Assembly (NCBI RefSeq): GCF_000012465.1
Contig: NC_007335.2
Location: 1,260,001-1,292,000, forward strand
Length of the DNA: 32,000 bases
Origin: Prochlorococcus marinus str. NATL2A
GTDB lineage: Bacteria; Cyanobacteriota; Cyanobacteriia; PCC-6307; Cyanobiaceae
Reading direction: 5' to 3'
A model generated the notes under the pieces. The model saw nothing but the letters and a program-made list of their open reading frames with translations, did no database searches and was not told the DNA's origin. The translations under genes and the position numbers were made by a program. Of the stretch, positions 21,560-28,630 are shown piece after piece. Position 1 is the stretch's first letter. The number at the start of each line of letters is the position of its first letter.

Positions 21560-21656
21560 ATGATTTACACCTCTTCTTTATTTTAAGCACATTCAATACA
21601 TTAAGTTTAAAAGTGTTCAAGAAAATATGTAAGAAAAATGTAACTTCTAGTCAATA

Positions 21657-21743
21657 CGGAGAGGGTGGGATTCGAACCCACGGATAGTTTTAGCTATCAA
21701 ACGATTTCGAGTCGTTCGCTTTCGACCACTCAGCCACCTCTCC
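21657..21743 (-). tRNA. tRNA-Ser (anticodon CGA)
   Basis: The reverse complement folds by hand. Acceptor GGAGAGG/CCTCTCC with discriminator G. Anticodon stem AACGA/TCGTT with loop CT-CGA-AA. Long variable arm GATAG/CTATC. T-arm GTGGG-TTCGAAT-CCCAC. No encoded CCA. Confidence 0.95.
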
Positions 21744-21817
21744 ATAGAAGTTAGTTTAAGGCAATCTTCTCTTTCCACTTAAGAATAAGCAGAATTAAAA
21801 ATCTAATTCTTAATTGT

Positions 21818-22843
21818 TTAATCCCAATCTGCCTTTCTCATAAGCTGTATGGCTTTTTTATTATTTGCTCCTAATTGATCAATGGTCACACTATCAGGAG
21901 TAAATCCTCCAAATTGTGCAACCTCATCGGTTTTATTAAAACCAACTAAAGGGTGTTCAAATGTTGGACCAGCTAACCCACTACTCCCAGCAGGAGAAGC
22001 AAGATACTCCAGGAGTTGAATAGCTTCTTCTTTGTTTTCAGCATATTTAGCAATTCCACCTGCACTGACATTCACATGCGCAGGATTAGGAGTAAGAACC
22101 TTTACTTTTTTAGCCAACCTTTGATCTTTTCTACCATTTACACCTGCAAGCATTCTTGAAACATAGTAGTGATTGACAATACCCACTCCACATTTACCTT
22201 GAGCAACAGCTCTTATAACACCAATATCACCAGGGAAAAAAGGCTGAGAAATATTTGAAATCATTCCTTTCAACCACTCTTTAGTTTGGGCTTCTCCTTT
22301 ATTAACAATTTGATTGGCGACTAAAGATTGATTGTATGGACTGCTCCTTTTTCTCACACAGACGAGACCGTCCAAAGAAGGATTAGCAAGATCTGAATAA
22401 TCTTTGATTGAATTTATATCAACTTTCTTTGGATTAGCAACCATGACTCTTACTCTTCTTGTTAAGGCATACCATCTTGCTTGAGGATCTCGATATTCCA
22501 CTGGAACATTCTTATCTAATTTGGAAGACCTATATGACTGAAGAAGACCACTTTTGGCAGCATTGCTAATTCGAGCCGCATCAACAAGAAGAATCACATC
22601 GGCTTTAGAATTTGATCCTTCCCTTTTTAATCTTTCAACTAGAGAAATTCCTGTCGCCTCGATTAATCGGATTTTTATCCCAGTCTCCTCTGCAAATTGC
22701 TTATATATCTGCTTATCAGTGTTGTAATGTCTGCCTGAATAAATTCTTACTTCTCTCTCAGAGGCTTTTACATAATTAAAACTTGAAGAGACTAAAAGAG
22801 TACCTGCTATTACTGAAGTAAAAAGACGCTTAATTGAATTCAT
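21818..22843 (-). CDS. futA: periplasmic Fe(III) ABC-transporter substrate-binding protein (FutA/IdiA/AfuA type)
   Basis: N-terminal signal-like segment, then 'VRIYSGRHYNTDKQIYKQFAEETGIKI', typical of FutA/IdiA-family iron-binding proteins. Confidence 0.9.
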   Translation of the reverse strand: MNSIKRLFTSVIAGTLLVSSSFNYVKASEREVRIYSGRHYNTDKQIYKQFAEETGIKIRLIEATGISLVERLKREGSNSKADVILLVDAARISNAAKSGLLQSYRSSKLDKNVPVEYRDPQARWYALTRRVRVMVANPKKVDINSIKDYSDLANPSLDGLVCVRKRSSPYNQSLVANQIVNKGEAQTKEWLKGMISNISQPFFPGDIGVIRAVAQGKCGVGIVNHYYVSRMLAGVNGRKDQRLAKKVKVLTPNPAHVNVSAGGIAKYAENKEEAIQLLEYLASPAGSSGLAGPTFEHPLVGFNKTDEVAQFGGFTPDSVTIDQLGANNKKAIQLMRKADWD

Positions 22844-22991
22844 TAATCTATCTAGGGAAGGGATTAATAACTTTGTATAGACTAGGCAAGAAGATACTGC
22901 TAAAAATAGATTCGCAACTTTGATACGTATCGAAGTATAAATTGATATCTTATTTATACTTTATGATAGAAAATAAATCTAAATATTAAAG

Positions 22992-23657
22992 ATGGAATAT
23001 TTAACTCATTCTCTAATAGCCAAATCAGAAGCTCGTCAAATAGTCAATAAGCTAAAAGCAGAGAAATTATCTTGGCAAGATGGTAAAAAGACTGCAGGAA
23101 GTCATGCTTCAGAAAAAAAATCTAATTTTCAATTAGATAAAAATTCAAAACTATCAATTAAGCTTAGAGATATCATTGTTAATAAAATAATCTCGAATCC
23201 TCTTCTAAAAAGTTTTACATTACCTAGTCTTATTCATGGAGTCATGTTTACTCAATCCCTAGCTGGGCATCACTATGGGTCACATATTGATAATCCATAT
23301 ATGCCCTCAGGAAGAAGTGATCTATCTTTCACCTTATTTTTAAACGCGCCAGAAGATTATGAAGGTGGTGAATTATGTATTCAGACGATAAATAAAACTG
23401 AAAAAATCAAACTTTCTGCTGGAGAAATGATAATTTATCCGAGCACTCAACTACATTCTGTTGCTGAAGTCAAAGATGGTGAACGTCATGTATGTGTAGG
23501 CTGGATTCAAAGCTATGTTCAAAATAATGAAGATAGAAATTTCCTATTCGGACTGGATGCAGGAGCAAAAGGCTTACTAGCAAAACATGGAAGATCCGAT
23601 GAATTAGATTTAATTTTCCAGGCTTACAGCAATATTCTAAGAAGATTAGGAGATTGA
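22992..23657 (+). CDS. piuC: PKHD-type Fe(II)/2-oxoglutarate-dependent hydroxylase (PiuC/YbiX-like)
   Basis: 'HYGSHIDNP' (HxD) and a downstream 'QLHSV' facial triad. About 220 aa, as in PiuC/YbiX. Confidence 0.8.
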   Translation: MEYLTHSLIAKSEARQIVNKLKAEKLSWQDGKKTAGSHASEKKSNFQLDKNSKLSIKLRDIIVNKIISNPLLKSFTLPSLIHGVMFTQSLAGHHYGSHIDNPYMPSGRSDLSFTLFLNAPEDYEGGELCIQTINKTEKIKLSAGEMIIYPSTQLHSVAEVKDGERHVCVGWIQSYVQNNEDRNFLFGLDAGAKGLLAKHGRSDELDLIFQAYSNILRRLGD

Positions 23658-23748
23658 ATCGATCACTTTATACAAGCAGAGGTAAAAAAAGAACTTTCAT
23701 TAGAAGTCGCGACCTATCAAAATAAAACAAATCAGACTAGGACTAGGC

Positions 23749-23994
23749 ATGCCAAGTAAAACACCCATCGGAATATTTCTAGCCGCAGCAGCAGCTTTAT
23801 CTACTAATGCAATTATTCCAGTCAATTCAATTGCTGGTGAAAAACATGGAGATATGGGTGGTTTAAAGGAATGGACCACAGATCAAGAAGCAGATGAAGA
23901 AGGAAAGCTTGACGAAGCTGCTCAAAAAGCTGCTGATAAAGCTAAAAAAGCAGATATTTGCATTCCAATTGGAGAAGGAGAAAACTGCTGGTAA
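23749..23994 (+). CDS. small secreted acidic protein with C-terminal Cys pair
   Basis: Signal-peptide-like N-terminus 'IGIFLAAAAALSTNAII..SIAG', a charged middle and a C-terminus 'CIPIGEGENCW'. A good terminator follows. Confidence 0.5.
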   Translation: MPSKTPIGIFLAAAAALSTNAIIPVNSIAGEKHGDMGGLKEWTTDQEADEEGKLDEAAQKAADKAKKADICIPIGEGENCW

Positions 23995-24010
23995 TAACTT
24001 TTAAGTTCAC

Positions 24011-24038
24011 AAAAAACTCCCTGAATGGGAGTTTTTTT
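24011..24038 (+). terminator. rho-independent terminator after the 23749-23994 ORF
   Basis: A-run, ACTCCC (24016-24021), loop TGAAT, GGGAGT (24027-24032), then a T-run to 24038. Confidence 0.7.
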
Positions 24039-24053
24039 AATGCCAATAAATAA

Positions 24054-24086
24054 ACAAAAAAAAACGCCCCCTTTGGGGCGTTTTTT
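24054..24086 (-). terminator. rho-independent terminator after the porin gene
   Basis: CGCCCC (24065-24070), loop CTTT, GGGGCG (24075-24080), flanked by an A-run and a T-run. On the minus strand it is followed by a long U-run. Confidence 0.8.
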
Positions 24087-24107
24087 AATGGTGTAATTCG
24101 TAAGAAT

Positions 24108-25352
24108 TTAGAATCTAAATTCTGTAAGAAGTACTGCACCAGTGATGTCCTTTCCTTCTGCTTCAACATCTGTTGATCCAAATACAGCAGGAGTTACTGT
24201 TACGCCGTCGTTAATTTTGAACTCGTAATAAGCTTCCCAAACTGTATTGTCCTCAGATGGATCAGATCCACTACCTTTTATACCAGTAGCAGCTTGTCTT
24301 GAACCAAATGCAACACCAGCTCTATTGCCATCAACAAAAAGATCTTTCCAACCAAGACCAATCATCCAACCTGATGTATCTTCCGCCTGACCAGCTGAAG
24401 GGCTGTCCATAGAAGCAGATTCATAACCAACCTGAATTTCAGGGATAGCACCTGTTTCGTCTGGCTTCCAGTATCCTCTTAGACCGTAAGCAGTGATATC
24501 ACCATCATGGTCTGCAAGTTTTGAATGGTAGTAACCATCGTAACCATTAGCACCATTTTCTTTAAATGAAGTTGCAAGAGAAACTTGCCACTGAGGAGAA
24601 CCATACTCAATCTTAGTTAAGACGAAATTCCTGGTTTTCTCACCAAACAGGCCATTATCACTTGATGAATCAGCTCCATCTTTAGCAGTGTAGTTAGCAC
24701 TTACAGCCCATCTAGCAGCAGAGGGATCTTCAACTTCCTGTGTCCATGCAACACCAAATCCTGGGCTTGTGCTTGAACCATAAGAAGAGCCATTAGGACC
24801 ATTAGCAAATTGCTTAGTAATTGGCTTATAGATTGAAGCAGAACTAGCTAGCATGTAGTAGTTTTCAATTCTTGGTCCAACCCAAACTTGAAGAGAATCT
24901 CCTACTGGGAATTGATACCAAAGTTTGTCTACCTTCAATGTGCCGCCATTTTTATTAGCAGCTGACAAGTAAGTACCCTGTCCAGAATCACCAAAATGAT
25001 CGCTTACGTTACCAGTCTTGATACGGGTATAAAGATTATCTTCACCAGTGAAACTTGTATTCAGATTTAACTGATACATATATTCCATAGTGATGCTGTC
25101 AGTATCTGACTCTGAATCATCATCAACGTAACCAGTAATGAAAGCAGCCTTACCACTCATCTTTGTTGATGAAGAGAACTGACCAGCCATTACTTCGCCG
25201 AGTTGCGCTTCTACGCCATCAACACGAGCCTGAATGATTTCAGAACTAAGATCTGATTCGCTAGATACCGGAGAAACATCGGCATTAGCGGCTAATGGTG
25301 CCATTAGGCCCAAAGCAGCAGGAGCTACCAGCAAACGCTGAAAAAGCTTCAT
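24108..25352 (-). CDS. som: outer-membrane porin (cyanobacterial Som/OprB-like)
   Basis: Signal peptide 'MKLFQRLLVAPAALGLMAPLAANA', a coiled segment 'ARVDGVEAQLGE', then alternating beta-strand-like sequence ending in '...LTEFRF'. It seems too short to contain an SLH domain. The ATG at 25352 has a GAGGA upstream, whereas the ORF-track start at 25376 is a TTG. Confidence 0.88.
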   Translation of the reverse strand: MKLFQRLLVAPAALGLMAPLAANADVSPVSSESDLSSEIIQARVDGVEAQLGEVMAGQFSSSTKMSGKAAFITGYVDDDSESDTDSITMEYMYQLNLNTSFTGEDNLYTRIKTGNVSDHFGDSGQGTYLSAANKNGGTLKVDKLWYQFPVGDSLQVWVGPRIENYYMLASSASIYKPITKQFANGPNGSSYGSSTSPGFGVAWTQEVEDPSAARWAVSANYTAKDGADSSSDNGLFGEKTRNFVLTKIEYGSPQWQVSLATSFKENGANGYDGYYHSKLADHDGDITAYGLRGYWKPDETGAIPEIQVGYESASMDSPSAGQAEDTSGWMIGLGWKDLFVDGNRAGVAFGSRQAATGIKGSGSDPSEDNTVWEAYYEFKINDGVTVTPAVFGSTDVEAEGKDITGAVLLTEFRF

Positions 25353-25366
25353 TGTGTCCTCACACA
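25353..25366 (-). promoter_or_regulatory. porin RBS embedded in a GUGUGAGGA element (candidate Yfr1-type sRNA target)
   Basis: The minus-strand mRNA reads 5'-UGUGUGAGGACACAAUG. GUGUGAGGA is complementary to UCCUCACAC, the core of the conserved cyanobacterial Yfr1 motif as I recall it. Confidence 0.4.
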
Positions 25367-25503
25367 AATATGTCAAGCAAATAATAGTGTATTCAATAAA
25401 ACATTTCAGAGCGAAAGATCTTAGAAGTATCTTTTTATACAGCGAGATATATTATTCGAACTATTAGTTAGCGAATTAATCTAAAATTATTACTTAGAGT
25501 TAA

Positions 25504-26376
25504 TTAATTTTCGGCACAAAGAGGGAAGCCAAGGGACTCTCTTTCCTCTAACCAAGCTTCAGCAACTTTACGAGCTAAAGATCGAATCCTTGCAATAATC
25601 TTAGTTCTCTCAGTAACAGAAATAACCCCTCTTGCTTCTAATAAATTAAATGTATGACTGCATTTTAAAACGTAATCAAGGCAAGGTGCAGGTAGTTTTT
25701 TAGCGATTAACTGATGAGCCTCTTCCTCATAAATTTCAAAAAGTTTCCTTAAATTTTCCGAGTTAGATTCTTCAAAATTATACTTACATTGACCTGTTTC
25801 AAAAGGAAGCCAGATATCACCATATTTAGTCTTTTTATTCCAAGAAAGGTCCCAAATACTTTCAACATTTTGTAGATACATTGCCAATCGCTCCAAGCCA
25901 TAAGTGATCTCAATTGAAACAGGCTTGCAATCAAGACCTCCACATTGTTGAAAATAAGTAAATTGGGTGACTTCCATCCCATCAAGCCAAACTTCCCAAC
26001 CCACTCCCCATGCGCCTAAAGTTGGAGATTCCCAATTATCTTCAACGAATCTAATATCGTGGTCCTTAGCTGAAATCCCCAAGGCTTCAAGAGAAGATAA
26101 ATAAATCTCTTGTATACCGTCTAAAGAAGGCTTGATAAGAACTTGATATTGAAAATAATGCTGTGCTCTATTTGGATTGTCTCCATACCTACCATCAGTA
26201 GGACGACGACAGGGCTCTGGGTAAGCTACAGCCCAAGGCTCAGGTCCTATCGCTCTTAAAAAAGAATGAGGGCTCATAGTCCCTGCGCCCTTTTCTAAAT
26301 CATATGGCTGAAGCAGCAAACAACCCTTCTCACTCCAGAAATTATTGAGGCTAGAGATTATGTCCTGAAAGTACAT
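25504..26376 (-). CDS. glyQ: glycine--tRNA ligase alpha subunit
   Basis: '[26 protein letters not shown]' and the whole 290-aa sequence are typical GlyQ. Confidence 0.96.
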   Translation of the reverse strand: MYFQDIISSLNNFWSEKGCLLLQPYDLEKGAGTMSPHSFLRAIGPEPWAVAYPEPCRRPTDGRYGDNPNRAQHYFQYQVLIKPSLDGIQEIYLSSLEALGISAKDHDIRFVEDNWESPTLGAWGVGWEVWLDGMEVTQFTYFQQCGGLDCKPVSIEITYGLERLAMYLQNVESIWDLSWNKKTKYGDIWLPFETGQCKYNFEESNSENLRKLFEIYEEEAHQLIAKKLPAPCLDYVLKCSHTFNLLEARGVISVTERTKIIARIRSLARKVAEAWLEERESLGFPLCAEN

Positions 26377-26549
26377 TAGTGTTGATATAACTGGAGCTAG
26401 AGGTAATCAGCTTAACTTGGCAGGGCTTATAACAAAGAAGTAACTCCAGTACCCCTTGTTTTCAAACAGCTCAGCCGAGAAATTCAGTTAAATTCTAAAT
26501 CAACTATCGAGCATTTAAAGCTGAGTATTTAGATGAGGACAAACCAAAG

Positions 26550-26569
26550 AATAAGTATATATACTTATT
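26550..26569. repeat. 20-bp perfect palindrome AATAAGTATATATACTTATT
   Basis: Checked base by base and self-complementary over all 20 positions. It lies in the 530-bp non-coding gap at the core/island junction. Confidence 0.9.
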
Positions 26570-26906
26570 AGGTAAAAAGAAAAAATTACAATTACATCAC
26601 AGTGCACATAGAAATAAGATGATTAGCTCATTAGGTCATACTGCAACTAATAATTCAAATATTATTGAAGTTTTAAGATGTATAAGAAGCAGCTGACGCT
26701 GTCAACCTCTAGATAAAATAAGTTTTTAGATTATATTGATTTAAAAGAATATTTTTACTATATATTGAGAATAAATCATACTAGATCGAATACATTTGAG
26801 CGTAATTTGATGCTGTAAAATCCATGCCAGAAGAAAGATAGTACATCAGTATCTATTGTTCCGATTCGTCACAAGACGTATATTAAATGCGTATTTAGCT
26901 AAACCC

Positions 26907-27527
26907 ATGGAATTATCGCCTACGGAGGTGGTTGACTTAGCGAATATTCCGCTCAACAGCGAAGTCACTAAGGGGCTAGTGCCCGCGCAAGTAGAGTACG
27001 TTAAGGAATCTGTCGTAGAGATCAACGAGGAGCTGAGTTGCGTTGGGCAATCACTAAGGGCTGTGGCGGCCAACCTCTCCGACATAAAGAGTAACATCAA
27101 GCCTGGGAACTGGAGGGCCTTCCTGAAGTCAGGAGCTATCAACTGCTCAGAAAGGTTTGCTATTGACCTTGTAAGCGCATATACAAATTGGCTAGGTGGC
27201 TCCGATATAGACGACAACATGCTCGCTTCACTAACGCCTAGATCGTTGGCGTTAATGGGCAGCAAAGGAGTGACAGACAAGGAGCGGCAAAAGGTATTTG
27301 AAGCCGTTGGGAACGGCGAAAGAATGACAGAAGCGACCGTAAGAATACTAGTTAAAGGGAACAAGAAAAAAGCTAACAAAGCCTCACAGAAAAGTGAAAG
27401 CGAAAAGATTAAATCACTGAAAGAAAAGATCGAGACTTACAAGAAAGTAATCAATAACCTTCAAGATGAAAACAAAAAACTTAGTAAATTACTATCAAAC
27501 AGAGAAAAAATTGAGTCCCTTGTCTAG
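26907..27527 (+). CDS. DUF3102-like protein with Lys-rich coiled-coil tail (mobile-element-type)
   Basis: 'GNWRAFLKSGAINCSERFAIDLVSAY ... LTPRSLALMGSKGVTDKERQKVFEAV..GERMTEATVRILV' fits my recollection of the DUF3102 pattern (G-x-W..[FW]L...S.RTA..[YL]..A, then 'L.PS.L..L......E....V'). The C-terminal 60 aa is a heptad-like K/E/L-rich segment. Start is the ATG at 26907 or the TTG at 26856. The first ~450 nt are much more GC-rich than the surroundings. Confidence 0.65.
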   Translation: MELSPTEVVDLANIPLNSEVTKGLVPAQVEYVKESVVEINEELSCVGQSLRAVAANLSDIKSNIKPGNWRAFLKSGAINCSERFAIDLVSAYTNWLGGSDIDDNMLASLTPRSLALMGSKGVTDKERQKVFEAVGNGERMTEATVRILVKGNKKKANKASQKSESEKIKSLKEKIETYKKVINNLQDENKKLSKLLSNREKIESLV

Positions 27528-27569
27528 TAATTATCACAAAAAAAGAAATTAACTACTACTCTTATTTAA

Positions 27570-27743
27570 AATGAAAACCACCAACTTCAGCTCTAGAACC
27601 CCTAACCAAATTAAATCAAAAGATAAGGAGGCTCATAACTTAGAGAAGGGAATCACGAAGGAATTACTAGACAAATACAAGCCCAAAGTTCTGTACAACA
27701 TAGAGACCTTAAACGAAAGGAAAGTTCAAAGGAGAGTAGCTTA
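27570..27743 (+). CDS. small basic orphan protein (57 aa), cassette gene 2
   Basis: Hand-translated (below the ORF-track cutoff): MKTTNFSSRTPNQIKSKDKEAHNLEKGITKELLDKYKPKVLYNIETLNERKVQRRVA*. It starts 42 nt after the upstream stop and ends 5 nt before the next start. Confidence 0.4.
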
Positions 27744-27748
27744 AGATT

Positions 27749-27910
27749 ATGAATAAGAATTCAAAGTCTAGGAATGGATTCATCCATTTATACAATCCCA
27801 AGAAAGAAGGATTAGGATCTTACGACGTACACTATATAAATGCCTACAAAAAAGATAAAAGTTTAAAAGATAATATTAAAAATAGTGATAGAGAGAGGTA
27901 TGCAGCATGA
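27749..27910 (+). CDS. small orphan protein (53 aa), cassette gene 3
   Basis: Hand-translated: MNKNSKSRNGFIHLYNPKKEGLGSYDVHYINAYKKDKSLKDNIKNSDRERYAA*. GGAGAG sits 12 nt upstream of the ATG, and the stop overlaps the next ATG (ATGA at 27907-27910). Confidence 0.4.
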   Translation: MNKNSKSRNGFIHLYNPKKEGLGSYDVHYINAYKKDKSLKDNIKNSDRERYAA

Positions 27911-28227
27911 TTCCATTTATCAGAAGTCTTTCAGAGCTAATGGCAATTACAGACTCAAGAGACAGCCAAAAACATATCTCTCAATACAATGAGAGCTATA
28001 GCTCGACAGTAGATAGCGGACAAAGAAAACGATACATAAAGTCTCTTGACAAGAAAGAAGTCAACCTGCCTGATTTACCTAAAACAATACGGCGTAAATG
28101 GATGCAAAATAAAACATCTATATCAAAATTCATTGATGATTTAGATTATAATAATCAGATACAATCTTCCTATGATCTGACCTTAATAGAAAGACAAAAT
28201 AAGAGAAATCAACAGGATGTTGCCTAA
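27907..28227 (+). CDS. hydrophilic orphan protein (106 aa), cassette gene 4
   Basis: ORF track. ATGA overlap with the upstream ORF, a GAGAGAGG SD-like run 8 nt upstream, and no recognised domain. Confidence 0.5.
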   Translation: MIPFIRSLSELMAITDSRDSQKHISQYNESYSSTVDSGQRKRYIKSLDKKEVNLPDLPKTIRRKWMQNKTSISKFIDDLDYNNQIQSSYDLTLIERQNKRNQQDVA

Positions 28228-28229
28228 TT

Positions 28230-28571
28230 ATGAAAACAATTAAAATAAATCAGGTGATAGAGTATTTATCTCCGACATTAGTTTTCTCATATTTTTTTAT
28301 TCATAATATTTTTCTAGTTCTTATTGGAATAACCTTTTCATTTTATTTAATAAATATTAATATGATTAATAATCTTAAAAAATCTATTTATAAAAATTTA
28401 GCTGTAAAAAATGAAACCGAAGATTTTAATAAAAATGAAAAAAAAATAAATTCCAATACTATTAATATAAAATCTACTAAAGAAGATATGAAGCTCACAT
28501 TAGTTGAAGAAATAGAAGAGTTTGGATTTATACCATCAATAGATAAGAAAAATAATAGTAATGCAGCATAA
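28230..28571 (+). CDS. small membrane protein (113 aa), cassette gene 5
   Basis: ORF track. It starts 2 nt after the upstream stop. A ~30-residue hydrophobic stretch 'PTLVFSYFFIHNIFLVLIGITFSFYLINI' is followed by a Lys/Asn/Glu-rich tail. Extremely AT-rich. Confidence 0.5.
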   Translation: MKTIKINQVIEYLSPTLVFSYFFIHNIFLVLIGITFSFYLININMINNLKKSIYKNLAVKNETEDFNKNEKKINSNTINIKSTKEDMKLTLVEEIEEFGFIPSIDKKNNSNAA

Positions 28572-28630
28572 TATATTTTTAATACATAAACAAAGATAAA
28601 ATTAACTCTATTTTCAAAGGCTTTTATCTC

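Noticed and set aside
20891-21656. att-type duplication of the tRNA-Ser 3' end marking an integrated element
   Set aside because: I found no second copy of the T-arm/acceptor sequence (GGTTCGAATCCCACCCTCTCC) by eye at the far side of the TPR-like gene.
21779-21813. Hairpin TTAAGAAT...ATTCTTAA between futA and tRNA-Ser as a futA terminator
   Set aside because: The stem is purely A/T with a long loop, alternative pairings exist, and no U-tract follows on the minus strand. This is not enough to call a terminator.
22844-22991. Fur box in the futA/piuC divergent promoter
   Set aside because: The palindromes GATACGTATC and GATATC are present. My best hand alignment to GATAATGATAATCATTATC reached only about 9 of 16 positions, which is not distinguishable from AT-rich background.
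23749-23994. Prochlorosin/lanthipeptide-type precursor
   Set aside because: The N-terminus is a hydrophobic signal peptide, not a Nif11-type leader. There is no GG/GA cleavage motif before a Cys/Ser/Thr-rich core, and no LanM-like gene nearby.
26846-27379. 177-aa minus-strand ORF antisense to the DUF3102-like gene
   Set aside because: It is Ser/Leu/Thr-rich and low-complexity with no motif. It is explained as a shadow ORF created by the locally high GC of the plus-strand gene, which does carry a recognisable family pattern.
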